A stretch of 64,000 nucleotides of DNA from Candidatus Algichlamydia australiensis. GTDB taxonomy: Bacteria > Chlamydiota > Chlamydiia > Chlamydiales > JAJFMI01. Both the position numbers and the translations under genes were made by a program. A model generated the notes under the pieces. It did not search any database and was not told the origin of the DNA. It saw only the letters and a program-made list of their open reading frames with translations. The DNA lies in contig JAXCHI010000002.1 of assembly GCA_033977065.1 (NCBI GenBank), forward strand, positions 128,001 to 192,000, read 5' to 3'. Positions 1 to 9,622 of this stretch are shown here, piece by piece; position 1 is the first letter of the stretch, and each line of letters begins with the position of its first letter.

Positions 1-37
1 TTCTAGCTATGCTGGGCTTAGCGTCCATTAAGTTTCA

Positions 38-1141
38 ATGAAAAAAGCACTGATCATAGGGATGGGAAAAAGTGGCAAAGCTGCAAAAGCTTTGCTAGAA
101 AAGAAGGGGTACTACCCTGTCTGTTTTGATGGGAAGGGGGGAGAGTTACCAAAAAATTTGGATCTTGTCATTCTCTCTCCAGGAGTGCCTCCTTCACATA
201 CACTTGTGCAGCAAGCTCAAGCTGCGAGTGTTGAGGTGATTGGAGAGATGGAGCTCGGTTTGCGTTATTTGCAGCAGCGAGCAATTGGAATTACAGGGAC
301 AAATGGCAAGACGACAACAACTCTTTTGATCACACACGCTTTGCAGTCTAGCAGGATAAAGGCGCGGGCAGTCGGCAATGTTGGATTGCCGCTCTGCGAA
401 TATTTGCTTGCCCCCAACCTTAAAGAGACTCTTGTGTTGGAATTTAGCTCGTTTCAGTTAGAGACGTGCACGACTAAAGCTTTAGAAAGTGCCATTTTGC
501 TCAATATAACGCCTGATCATCTTGATCGTTATGAGAATTTTGAAGCGTATGCAAAAACGAAATTTCGTATAGGAGAGTTGTGCGAGACCCTTTGGCTGGG
601 AGAGGATGTAAAAAAAATATTTGAAACATATTCCCCAACGCGTGACACTCGGGAGTATAACGAAGTCTCTTTTTTGCAAAGCATTGGTGCGGATGCTGCC
701 CAAGCAAGAGAGAGTTTTGTTTACCCTCAGCATCGCTTTGAGCGCTTAAAAACCCTGCACGGGGTGGAGTTTGTGAACGATAGCAAAGCGACAAATGTAG
801 AGGCTGTTCTGCATGCACTGAAGCAGGTGGATCGCTCCGTACTCCTTTTAGTTGGAGGGCGCGATAAGGGAGCAAATTTTATGGATTTACTCCCTTCCTT
901 AAAAAAAGTTCGTAAAATCTTTGCATTTGGTGAAGCAGGGGGTAAAATAGAGATGGCGCTTAAAGGGTCGTGTGAGATTTCACGCTTTGGTACCCTCGAA
1001 GAGAGTTTTGCTCAGGCTGCAAAAGAGGCAAAAGAGGGAGAGATGGTTCTCCTTTCGCCAGCTTGCAGTAGTTTGGATGCCTTCGCCAATTTTGAAAAGA
1101 GGGGAGAGAAGTTTAAACAGATGGTAGAGGAATTATCATGA
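38..1141 (+). CDS. murD: UDP-N-acetylmuramoyl-L-alanine--D-glutamate ligase (short)
   Basis: IGMGKSG, SPGVPP, GITGTNGKTTT P-loop, LNITPDHLDRY, NDSKATN and LSPACSSLD motifs; dcw context. Confidence 0.95.
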   Translation: MKKALIIGMGKSGKAAKALLEKKGYYPVCFDGKGGELPKNLDLVILSPGVPPSHTLVQQAQAASVEVIGEMELGLRYLQQRAIGITGTNGKTTTTLLITHALQSSRIKARAVGNVGLPLCEYLLAPNLKETLVLEFSSFQLETCTTKALESAILLNITPDHLDRYENFEAYAKTKFRIGELCETLWLGEDVKKIFETYSPTRDTREYNEVSFLQSIGADAAQARESFVYPQHRFERLKTLHGVEFVNDSKATNVEAVLHALKQVDRSVLLLVGGRDKGANFMDLLPSLKKVRKIFAFGEAGGKIEMALKGSCEISRFGTLEESFAQAAKEAKEGEMVLLSPACSSLDAFANFEKRGEKFKQMVEELS

Positions 1142-1755
1142 ATCGAAGAGATATCATTATCACAGCAGTTTTAATCAATGCAGGTCTACTTATTGTCCTC
1201 TTCATTAGTTCACTCAAGAGTCACGATCCAAAAGAGCTTGTGATGACAAAAAAAGAGGTTGTAGAGAAGAAACCAAAAGTTGCAGCAGCAAAAAAAGAGG
1301 TGGCACCTGCCCCTCCAAAGACGCCTCTTGATAAAGCGCTGGCCGCTCATAAAGCTGCAGAGCCAAAAAAAGAGGTGGCAAAAAAGCCTGAAGCAAAAGT
1401 TGCTGCAAAGCCTGAAGCACTCGCAGTTGTAGAGGTGAGTAGTGGGGATGCTTTAGAAAAGATTGCACGTCGCCATAATGTTGATGTTGATGAGCTGATG
1501 CGCATCAACAATCTGACCTCCGCAAGATTGCAGATTGGCCAAAAACTCAAAGTTCCTTCTGCAAAAAAAGTAGCGCAGAAAACAGAAGCAAAGCGCGATG
1601 AAAAAGGAGAATACTATATCATTCGTCATGGAGACAACCTCTGGAATATAGCGCGTGAACATAAGATTAAATTTGAAGAGCTTCTAGATCTGAATAATCT
1701 CGACGAAGAAAAATCGCGAAGACTTAAGCCAGGTGAACGCATTCGTATCAAATGA
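1138..1755 (+). CDS. Membrane-anchored protein with two LysM domains (chlamydial NlpD-like)
   Basis: N-terminal TM helix (MNRRDIIITAVLINAGLL), Lys/Ala/Pro linker, two LysM repeats (GDALEKIARRH, GDNLWNIAREH). Confidence 0.9.
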   Translation: MNRRDIIITAVLINAGLLIVLFISSLKSHDPKELVMTKKEVVEKKPKVAAAKKEVAPAPPKTPLDKALAAHKAAEPKKEVAKKPEAKVAAKPEALAVVEVSSGDALEKIARRHNVDVDELMRINNLTSARLQIGQKLKVPSAKKVAQKTEAKRDEKGEYYIIRHGDNLWNIAREHKIKFEELLDLNNLDEEKSRRLKPGERIRIK

Positions 1756-2846
1756 ATCGTAGCTGGCTATTTGGAATAACTCTTGCCCTCTTTTTTATTG
1801 GGCTAGTGTTGATCTACAACACCACTTCAGCTGAGGTCATTGACCGAGAGCTAGCGCTCTCTCCCTTTAACGCAACAATCAAGCAGTTTCTCTACGCAAT
1901 TTTTGCTCTTTTTGTCTGTGGGGGTATCTGGTTTGTCGGTTATGAAAGGCTGATTGATTTGAGTCCGAAGCTCATGACCTACACAGTGATCTTTTTGCTG
2001 CTCGTTTTTTTTCCTGGAATTGGAATGAAAATTAATGGGGCGCGTCGCTGGATAGGGTTTGGAGGATTCTCTTTCCAACCTTCGGAGCTCGCAAAAGGAG
2101 TGATCCCGCTCTACTTTATTTTTTTAACTACAAGTGAAGAGAAGTTTGGTTTAAACGCTTTCGTCCACTTTCTTTTTCGCATTTCTCTACCGCTTTTTCT
2201 TATTTTAATCGAGCCCGATAACGGCACAACAGCTTTGATTTTGGCGACACTCTGCGTTCTCTTTTTTTTGAGCGAGGTGAAGATGAGTTGGTGGGCAACC
2301 CCCCTCTGCTTCTTGACTCTTTTCGGAGCTTTGATTGCCTCACAAATGAGCCATGTTGCGGCCCGGATTAAAATTTACCTTCATCCTGAATTAGACCTTC
2401 TTGGCCGTGGGCATCAACCCTATCAAGCAAAAATTGCCTCTGGTTCGGGGGGATTTTTTGGACGAGGCCTTGGAGAGAGCTTGCAAAAACTGAACTATCT
2501 TCCCGAAGCGCGTAGCGACTATATTGCAGCGATCTATGCTGAAGAATTTGGTTTTGTGGGAGTGGTTATTTTAATCCTCCTCTATGTTGCCATTGGCTAC
2601 TTTGGCTTTCGCATCGCCATGAAAGCACCAACGAAACGCGGCTTCTTAGTGGCAGCTATAGTTACTTTTCTGATTACATTCCAGGCCTTTATCAATTTAG
2701 GTGTAGTCTCGGCTCTTTTGCCAAGCAAAGGGATGAGCCTACCTTTTCTTAGCCAAGGAGGAACATCCTTGCTCTTCAATATGATCCTGATGACTCTACT
2801 TTTTCAAGTAGGAACGGAGGAGAGGTGCGCCCAAAAATCTTACTAG
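1752..2846 (+). CDS. ftsW: SEDS family protein FtsW
   Basis: GARRWI, FQPSE, EPDNG, LPEARSDY, GMSLPFLSQGG; multi-TM; precedes murG. Confidence 0.93.
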   Translation: MNRSWLFGITLALFFIGLVLIYNTTSAEVIDRELALSPFNATIKQFLYAIFALFVCGGIWFVGYERLIDLSPKLMTYTVIFLLLVFFPGIGMKINGARRWIGFGGFSFQPSELAKGVIPLYFIFLTTSEEKFGLNAFVHFLFRISLPLFLILIEPDNGTTALILATLCVLFFLSEVKMSWWATPLCFLTLFGALIASQMSHVAARIKIYLHPELDLLGRGHQPYQAKIASGSGGFFGRGLGESLQKLNYLPEARSDYIAAIYAEEFGFVGVVILILLYVAIGYFGFRIAMKAPTKRGFLVAAIVTFLITFQAFINLGVVSALLPSKGMSLPFLSQGGTSLLFNMILMTLLFQVGTEERCAQKSY

Positions 2847-3730
2847 CTGCAGGTGGTACAGGAGGGCATATTTTACCCGCCCTTAAAATTCAGCAGGAGC
2901 TTTCTGATTTTTGTGATGTAAAAATTGCTGGAGTTGGTTTAAAAGAGGGGATTGCTATTCCTGGTGGACCGCTCTCACCCCGCTCTTTGCCACAAATTGC
3001 TTGGGGCATTCTAGCCTCTGAAAAACTCCTCCGCAACTTTTCACCTGATCTTGTTATTGGGTTTGGAAGCTATCATAGTTTTCCTCTTGTTGCTGCAGCG
3101 CGTCGACGTAAAATTCCTCTCTGGCTTTTTGAAGCAAATCGTGTGATGGGACGTGTAAATGGACTTTTTGCTAAAAAAGCCAAAGTTTTTTCTCTTTTCC
3201 CGAGTAGTTTTGCTACAGCTATTTCCATGCCTCAGCCACCTCTCATTAAAAGTTGTCAATCCTCTCCTACGATTCTTGTTATTGGCGGTTCACAAGGTGC
3301 CAAGGCATTAAATGAAAGAGTTCCCCCCATCTTAGATTCTATGGAGGGGATTCAAGTCGTGCACTTAACGGGAAGAGGCAAAAGAGCTACCTATCAAAAA
3401 ACTCCTGCAAAAGTCATTGAGTACGAGAGCCAAATGGAGAGAGTGTATGGGGCAGCTGATTTTGTCATTGCGCGAGGAGGAGCTAGCACTGTTGCCGAAA
3501 TTTTGCACTATAAAATTCCCTCTCTTCTCATTCCTCTACCAGGTGCAATACGTGATCATCAGGCAGAAAATGCCATCTATTTGCAAGACTTAGGAGTTGC
3601 AACGATGGTACGGGAGGAGGACCTAAATTCGCAAATTGTAAAAAGTGCATTTGCCAATCGCAAAAAAAATTCTTTTCCTCAGCAAGATTTTCCCAATTTC
3701 ATCAACCTTATCCGTAAGGAAGTTCTATGA
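2825..3730 (+). CDS. murG: Lipid II GlcNAc transferase MurG (short)
   Basis: GGTGGH, GFGSY, GGSQGA, ARGGASTVAE, HQAENA motifs. Confidence 0.93.
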   Translation: MRPKILLAAGGTGGHILPALKIQQELSDFCDVKIAGVGLKEGIAIPGGPLSPRSLPQIAWGILASEKLLRNFSPDLVIGFGSYHSFPLVAAARRRKIPLWLFEANRVMGRVNGLFAKKAKVFSLFPSSFATAISMPQPPLIKSCQSSPTILVIGGSQGAKALNERVPPILDSMEGIQVVHLTGRGKRATYQKTPAKVIEYESQMERVYGAADFVIARGGASTVAEILHYKIPSLLIPLPGAIRDHQAENAIYLQDLGVATMVREEDLNSQIVKSAFANRKKNSFPQQDFPNFINLIRKEVL

Positions 3731-4974
3731 CACACTTCATTGGAATTGGAGGAATAGGAATGAGCGCCTTGGCTCACCTTCTGCTTGATCAAGGAAAAAC
3801 TGTAACAGGCAGTGATCGTAAAGCTTCATCTATCACTAAAGAGTTAGAAAAGCGCGGAGCAAAAATTGATCTTACAGGGAGGGGAAAATATGTAGAGCAA
3901 GCGGATGAGATCGTTGTAAGTACTGCCATTTCAAAAGATCATCCGGAGATACTTTTAGCAAAAGCGCCTATTTTACATCGCTCCGAACTTTTAGAAAAAG
4001 AGACAGAAAAACAGAAACTTCTTGCCGTGACGGGAAGTCACGGTAAAACAAGTACATCAGCACTCCTTGCTCATACTCTGCAAAATCTTGATTCAAGCTA
4101 TGTTGTGGGAGGGATTGTACCAACACTACCAGCTCATGGACACTTTGGGAAAGGGGAGTATTTTGTTGCGGAGGCAGATGAGAGCGATGGCTCTTTTTTA
4201 CGAGGAACTCCATACGGTGCCATTATTACTTCAACAGAACCGGACCACCTCGATTTCTGGAAAACACCTAAAAGACTTGAAGAGGCTTACGCAACCTTTA
4301 GTAAGAATGTTTCTGGCCCGCTCTTTCACTATAATAAAAATTATGGCTATGGGAGTGATTGGCAATTAGAGAGCTGTAAACAGCTGGGGCCAAAAATTCA
4401 CTTTACCATCTCCTACAAAGGAAAGACTTTTTTACCCCTTACACTTAACGCAATTGGTGAGCACCAAGCGCTCAATGCCTTAGCTGTCTTTGCACTCTGC
4501 ATTGAACTGGGGCTTTCAGAAAGGGATCTGCAAAAGTCTTTTGCCTCATTTCGTGGAGTGAAAAGACGCGCAGAGTATTTAGGAGAGCACCTTGGGGCTT
4601 ATTTTTACGATGATTATGCGCATCATCCTACTGAAGTAAAAGCCATTTTGAAATCCCTCCGTGCTGCATACCCGACAAGACGCATTGTGGCCCTTTTCCA
4701 ACCGCACCGTTACTCCCGCTTTGCCCATGAATGGGAAGCCTTTTCTAAGAGTTTTACCGATGCTGATAAGCTCATCATTACAGATGTGTGGGAGGCTGGA
4801 GAGGCGCCTATAGAGAGGATTTGTCCCAAGAGATTCGCACAAGAAATCGGAAGTTGCTATCTTAGGCGGGATCAGCTACCGGGAAAGATTCAGAAAAACG
4901 ATCTGGTTGTTACCCTAGGTGCCGGAGATATCACATGCGTGTTAAGAAAAAAGTTCCTCTGCCAAAAGCGCTAG
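3727..4974 (+). CDS. murC: UDP-N-acetylmuramate--L-alanine ligase, no fused Ddl domain
   Basis: HFIGIGGIGMSALA, GSHGKTST, EADESDGSF, DDYAHHPTE, FQPHRYSR, GAGDI. Confidence 0.95.
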   Translation: MTHFIGIGGIGMSALAHLLLDQGKTVTGSDRKASSITKELEKRGAKIDLTGRGKYVEQADEIVVSTAISKDHPEILLAKAPILHRSELLEKETEKQKLLAVTGSHGKTSTSALLAHTLQNLDSSYVVGGIVPTLPAHGHFGKGEYFVAEADESDGSFLRGTPYGAIITSTEPDHLDFWKTPKRLEEAYATFSKNVSGPLFHYNKNYGYGSDWQLESCKQLGPKIHFTISYKGKTFLPLTLNAIGEHQALNALAVFALCIELGLSERDLQKSFASFRGVKRRAEYLGEHLGAYFYDDYAHHPTEVKAILKSLRAAYPTRRIVALFQPHRYSRFAHEWEAFSKSFTDADKLIITDVWEAGEAPIERICPKRFAQEIGSCYLRRDQLPGKIQKNDLVVTLGAGDITCVLRKKFLCQKR

Positions 4975-5741
4975 CCATCATCGTCTTTTCTACACTACTC
5001 ATTTCAGGCTCAGGCTATTTCTGCTTACGCTCCTGGCAAAAACACCAAGTAAAACGGGCTCTTGATCCCGCTTATAATCTGCGCTATATCCAGGCAAAGG
5101 GCGATCTTCCTAGCCACTATATAGAAGAACTTTTGGGGTTATCTAAAGAGATTCAAGTCTCCTATTATCAATTTGATGAAAAAGAGGCAGAAGAGCATCT
5201 CTTGCGCTATCCAACAATTGCAAAAGCGGAGGTAAAAAAACTCTTTCCTCAAACCTTAAAAGTTCACATAAAAGTGCGCAAACCAATTGCGAAGCTCCAT
5301 GACTTTGAAAATACCCTTGTGGATGAAGAAGGACACTTGATTCCGCAACACCCGCTCTTCTCGGCTCAGAAGCTTCCGCAAATCTATCTTGGGCTACAAG
5401 ATTTTGATCAGACGATCTACCAGAATGAAGAGTTTTGGCAAGAGCAGCTCTCTGGAGAAGATTTTGACCTCTCTTTGCGTTTTATTAAACTGCTTTTGAA
5501 CCGTGATTTTTCCTTGTCGCGCGTTGATCTTTCCAATCGGCAGAACTTAAGCCTTGGAAAAAGAGAGATTGTCTTAATGCTTAGGAATCAGGATGGTACA
5601 ACCCACGCGCTGCGGCTTCCAACAAAGGATTGGGAAAAGCAGTTATCCAACTATCTCTCTATGCGCGAAGAGTGTGATTTTTTTGGCAAAGACCGCGTGA
5701 TCGACATGCGCCTGCCGTCTCTTGCCTATATCAGCGAATAG
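4935..5741 (+). CDS. ftsQ: FtsQ-like POTRA-domain cell division protein
   Basis: N-terminal TM, POTRA-like segment (KKLFPQTLKVHIKVRKPIA), C-terminal IDMR motif; position after murC. Confidence 0.8.
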   Translation: MRVKKKVPLPKALAIIVFSTLLISGSGYFCLRSWQKHQVKRALDPAYNLRYIQAKGDLPSHYIEELLGLSKEIQVSYYQFDEKEAEEHLLRYPTIAKAEVKKLFPQTLKVHIKVRKPIAKLHDFENTLVDEEGHLIPQHPLFSAQKLPQIYLGLQDFDQTIYQNEEFWQEQLSGEDFDLSLRFIKLLLNRDFSLSRVDLSNRQNLSLGKREIVLMLRNQDGTTHALRLPTKDWEKQLSNYLSMREECDFFGKDRVIDMRLPSLAYISE

Positions 5742-5830
5742 ACATCTCAAAATATGATTCTATTGCTGCAGTAAGGAGAGCTTGTGCATTTATTCTTTAA
5801 TCTGGTTCTGCCACAACTTCTGTGATAAAT

Positions 5831-5866
5831 GGTACGCGAGATCGACAAATGCAGATTTCGCGTACC
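5831..5866. other. Short stem-loop downstream of ftsQ (possible terminator or processing hairpin)
   Basis: ggtacgcga...tcgcgtacc, 9-bp perfect inverted repeat. Confidence 0.45.
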
Positions 5867-5910
5867 AAAATCATTTTAAATATTTAGAAATTAACATGTT
5901 GTGAATACAG

Positions 5911-6009
5911 AAAAAAGAGCCCCTCTCTATTTGGAGGGAAACAGAAATCCAAAGGACATCAACCTCCAAAGCAGACTGATCTAAAAGCGACCAATAATTA
6001 GAAAGGGGC
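5911..6009 (-). ncRNA. Candidate structured small RNA (three-way junction ending in a U-tract)
   Basis: Minus strand GCCCCUUUCUA/UAGAGAGGGGC closing stem, internal stems AUUGGUC/GAUCAGU and UUUGGAGG/CCUCCAAA, then U6; no ORF here. Confidence 0.45.
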
Positions 6010-6221
6010 AAGTGTTTATTATTAAATGTTATTATCAGTTAACCAAATAGTATCAAATTAGAATTAAACTGTAATAAATATTATTTAGTGTTGTAGGTAA
6101 AGAGGTTAGTGCTGATGGATTCGATTTTTCTTTTGTCTTTTTGTTCCGATTTCTGCTATGCTTGGGCGTGAGAGTCAAACAAGGGCTCTAATATTTTGAA
6201 CTTTTACGGAGCGTCTGAGCC

Positions 6222-6385
6222 ATGAACCTATCCAACTAAACATGCTTTTGCCTTTTTCCACATTTTTGGCTGGATTTTGAGCTATTTTTTCAAACAACTT
6301 AATTAAGTTGTTTTCAAAAAGATCCCAAAATCCTTCTCAAAACTGAGAAAAAATTTCAAAAGCAGCTTTAGTTGGATAGGTTCAT
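6222..6385. repeat. 164-bp long-hairpin (MITE/RPE-like) element
   Basis: 19-bp perfect terminal IR atgaacctatccaactaaa/tttagttggataggttcat; nested pairing to central aaacaacttaattaagttgttt. Confidence 0.85.
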
Positions 6386-6413
6386 TCAGTCCCTCCCTTA
6401 CAACTTGAGAATT

Positions 6414-6644
6414 ATGAAAGATTTTATTGCTTATATTATTAAAAACATTGTGTCTAAACCCGATGATGTGAACATTGAAGTAAACGAGGGAGAGCAAAGT
6501 ACTGTTGTCGATATTCATGTTGACAAAGAGGACATCTCCAAAGTAATTGGTAAACAGGGCCGTACCATTAAAGCGATCCGCACAATTGCGCTTGCTGTAG
6601 GTGCCCGCTACGGACGTAAAGTCCGCATTGAGGTAATTCAATAG
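6414..6644 (+). CDS. khpA: KH-domain RNA-binding protein (KhpA family)
   Basis: KVIGKQGRTIKAIR GxxG loop; ATG at 6414 preferred because the longer ORF begins inside the hairpin element. Confidence 0.88.
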   Translation: MKDFIAYIIKNIVSKPDDVNIEVNEGEQSTVVDIHVDKEDISKVIGKQGRTIKAIRTIALAVGARYGRKVRIEVIQ

Positions 6645-6645
6645 T

Positions 6646-6987
6646 ATGACAACAATTAAAATTCGCGAAGAGAAGATCAAGGGGTGTCCTGTTCTTAAAG
6701 TGGAAGGACGTCTTGACGCGGCTTCAACAGCAACACTTGAAGCGCGCTTAAGCTCTCATCTTGAAAAGGGAGTTGATAAGATTTTAATCGACTTTTCAAA
6801 GATCGAATACTTGAGTAGTGCTGGCATGCGTCTTCTTCTCTCTGTGAATAAGCGTCTTCAGGAGGCAGGAGGCTTTTTAGGTCTCTACTCCTTGCGTGAG
6901 AGCGTAAGAGAGATTGTCAAACTTGCTGGATTTGAAAAGATTTTGACAATCTATGCAGACGAGAAAGAAGTAATTCAGACGATCTAA
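6646..6987 (+). CDS. rsbV: STAS-domain anti-sigma-factor antagonist
   Basis: GRLDAAS and YLSSAGMRLLL phospho-Ser motif; syntenic with chlamydial rsbV2-miaA. Confidence 0.9.
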   Translation: MTTIKIREEKIKGCPVLKVEGRLDAASTATLEARLSSHLEKGVDKILIDFSKIEYLSSAGMRLLLSVNKRLQEAGGFLGLYSLRESVREIVKLAGFEKILTIYADEKEVIQTI

Positions 6988-7994
6988 TGTCACAAGATTT
7001 TGGTACTTCGCCTCTTATCTCTCCTAAACGCTCACATATACAGCCTTCCCCTAAAAAGGGGAAGGTTTTGGTTTTAGCAGGCCCGACAGCAACGGGTAAA
7101 ACCAAAATAGGCATTGAAGTTGCTAAAAAACTTTCTGGTGAAATTATTTCTGCCGATTCTATGCAAGTCTATCTCGGCATGGACATCGGTACAGCCAAAG
7201 CCTCCCTCGAAGAACGCCTGGAAATCCCACATCACCTCATCGATATTTGCGAAATAGCAGACCCATTCAATGTAGCTAAATTTCACACAGAAGCCACTCG
7301 TCTCATAGAGGGGATTATTGCACGCGATCAGGTCCCGATTGTTGTAGGAGGAACTGGGTTTTACATTCACGCTCTTCTCTATGGACCACCGCAAGGACCG
7401 CCCTCAGATGAAAAAACGCGTATGGAGCTTGAAGAAGAGCTTGGTGAAAAGGGGGTAGAAGAGCTCTACGAAAGATTAAAAAGTTTAGATCCTGAGTATG
7501 CGAAGACGATTACACCACAAGATCGTGTAAAAATTGTACGCGCTTTAGAAATCATCAAGCTCTCTGATGAAAAAGTTTCAAAATTTAAAATTACCCTTCC
7601 TTCCCAGGCGATATCTCCATTTGATTTTCACTGCTGGTTTTTACACTATCCACGAGAAATATTATATCCACGAATAGAGATGCGCTGTGATGAGATGATT
7701 GCTAAAGGCTTTGTTAAAGAGGTAGAAGCTCTTTTGCGAAGAGGGTTGAGGGAGAATCGAAGTGCAGCTCTCTCCATCGGATACCGGCAATGTATAGAAT
7801 TTTTGGAGTCCGATCGTACGTCTCAGGAATTTGAAAAATTTATTTGGAGCTTCAAACAGGCCTCGCGGCGCTATGCAAAACGGCAATTTACCTGGTTTCG
7901 CAAAGAGCCCCTCTTTCATTGGCTTGATCTTTCCGAGCAGGGTGAAGAAGCTGCGATCGATCTTATCGTAGAAGAGTTCATTTCCTCGATATGA
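6987..7994 (+). CDS. miaA: tRNA dimethylallyltransferase
   Basis: GPTATGKT, SADSMQVY, VGGTGFY, YAKRQFTWFR. Confidence 0.97.
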   Translation: MSQDFGTSPLISPKRSHIQPSPKKGKVLVLAGPTATGKTKIGIEVAKKLSGEIISADSMQVYLGMDIGTAKASLEERLEIPHHLIDICEIADPFNVAKFHTEATRLIEGIIARDQVPIVVGGTGFYIHALLYGPPQGPPSDEKTRMELEEELGEKGVEELYERLKSLDPEYAKTITPQDRVKIVRALEIIKLSDEKVSKFKITLPSQAISPFDFHCWFLHYPREILYPRIEMRCDEMIAKGFVKEVEALLRRGLRENRSAALSIGYRQCIEFLESDRTSQEFEKFIWSFKQASRRYAKRQFTWFRKEPLFHWLDLSEQGEEAAIDLIVEEFISSI

Positions 7995-8009
7995 ACCTAA
8001 ATTTTTGCC

Positions 8010-8068
8010 CAGTTTTGCTCGATTTTTCGGCTTCTTTTCAAAAAGAGCAATTATTCAGTGGTTCCTAA
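8010..8068. repeat. Partial (one arm) copy of the 42971-43132 hairpin family
   Basis: aaaagagcaattattcagtggttcc matches the reverse complement of 42971-42996 (aaaagagcagttattcagtatctcc). Confidence 0.6.
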
Positions 8069-8095
8069 TTTACAAAATTGTTAACATATTCTTCT

Positions 8096-9622
8096 ATGGC
8101 TGAAAGTGCATTTACTGCTTTGCAAGAAGCGATTAAAAACAAGGAAAACGTCGAAGATAAGATCCGTGCGGTGATCGACTTTATGAAGGGAGCGATCTCC
8201 TCTTCCGAAAGTCCTCGATTTAAAGATTTTTGGAATGCGAAAGAGCTTGCCTTAACCCTATTTAAAGAAAAGCTCAATCCAGGACTTCGCTCCGAATTTT
8301 GGAAAGAGTACACTTCTCTTATCGAAGAGGCGCGTCGTTTAAAAGAAGTATTTGATGAGCAAGCAACATTTGCTCTTGAGCAGATCGACCTTGCGATTAA
8401 TGCTTTTACAGAGAGTTTGGAAGAAAAAGAGGAAAAAGTAGCGGCAATCAAATCTCTCTCTTTTCCCAAAAGTGCTTACCATTTAAATCAAAATCATAAA
8501 CTCTACGATCCCCATTATCGCGAGTTAAAGTTTTTAACCAGCTTAGGAGAGAGGCTAAAAGCGCTTCGTAAGGAAGTTTTAGGAACGGAGATGCGTATTC
8601 GTTTCAAAAATAAAATCTTGCAAAAGCTCTCCGCACTAGGAGATCAAATTTTTCCTCGTCGTCGTGTTCTTATCGATGAGATCTCTGCACAATTTATTGA
8701 AGATGTAAAGAGATTCTCTGATAAGCATTTTGGCAATGGCGCATCTGCTAAAGGATTTCAGCTTCGCGATGAGATCAAGGCTTTTCAAGAGTATGCAAAA
8801 GTTTTGACAATCTCAAGTACGATCTTTCAACAAGCGCGTAAAATATTGAGCGCTTGCTGGGATAAAATCAAAGAGGGTGATAAAGAGCGCAAAAAAGAGT
8901 ACGAAGAGAAAAAAGATCTCTTTGATGCCAATGCTGCCAAAATTCAAGAACTTATAGCACCTCTTGAAGAAGAGAAAGAGAAGTTGACGCTTGACGAGAC
9001 AAGCAAGAGAGTCGACGCCATCCTTAAGGAGATGCGTGAAACAGAGCTCTCTTTTGAAGCGATCAAAAAATTTAAAGATCTTCTTCACGGAATCCGTCGG
9101 GAAAAAATGGCAAAAGTAGAAGAAGAGGCTAAGAAGCGCCGCAGTATAGAAAAAGAGAAGATGGAGCAGCGCAAAAAAGAGCTCGATGATCTCTATGCTG
9201 ATTGGAGTCAATTCTTAGAGAGTTCTCCGGAAAAAACCCTTCTTTCAGAGGCCCCAAGTGTCTGGGAAGAGAAGTTGCAAACTCTGCAGGTTGTTGAGCA
9301 TGAACGCGAGCCATTCTCTGTTCTTTTTGACCAACTTGAAGATCTAAATTTAGTCCATAAAGAGGGCGAACTTTTAGAAGTTACTGACATCAATGAAGAC
9401 TATTTAGAAGCTCTAGAGAGTGCGCTAGCTCAGCGTATCGAATTTCGTGACCGTATAAAAATGCGATTAGAACTCTTGCGAAAAGAGGCGGGAGGATCTA
9501 GTCTAGACTTTGAAAGGGCAATCAAGGCGCAAGAGCACGTTAACAGAGAAAAGACGCGGCTTACGCATGCAAATGACGCGATTGCTCAACTTGAGAGTCG
9601 CATTGATGAGATCACAGAGTAA
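8096..9622 (+). CDS. Conserved chlamydial coiled-coil protein (CT768-like)
   Basis: Long helical Glu/Lys-rich ORF with FKDFW, EMRIRFKNK, FPRRR, LSACWD, GGSSLDFE blocks; located between miaA and rsfS as in Chlamydia. Confidence 0.75.
   Translation: MAESAFTALQEAIKNKENVEDKIRAVIDFMKGAISSSESPRFKDFWNAKELALTLFKEKLNPGLRSEFWKEYTSLIEEARRLKEVFDEQATFALEQIDLAINAFTESLEEKEEKVAAIKSLSFPKSAYHLNQNHKLYDPHYRELKFLTSLGERLKALRKEVLGTEMRIRFKNKILQKLSALGDQIFPRRRVLIDEISAQFIEDVKRFSDKHFGNGASAKGFQLRDEIKAFQEYAKVLTISSTIFQQARKILSACWDKIKEGDKERKKEYEEKKDLFDANAAKIQELIAPLEEEKEKLTLDETSKRVDAILKEMRETELSFEAIKKFKDLLHGIRREKMAKVEEEAKKRRSIEKEKMEQRKKELDDLYADWSQFLESSPEKTLLSEAPSVWEEKLQTLQVVEHEREPFSVLFDQLEDLNLVHKEGELLEVTDINEDYLEALESALAQRIEFRDRIKMRLELLRKEAGGSSLDFERAIKAQEHVNREKTRLTHANDAIAQLESRIDEITE

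Noticed and set aside
5742..6413. Replication origin in the long ftsQ-khpA intergenic region
   Set aside because: No cluster of TTATCCACA-type DnaA boxes seen; the space is largely explained by a candidate sRNA and a hairpin element
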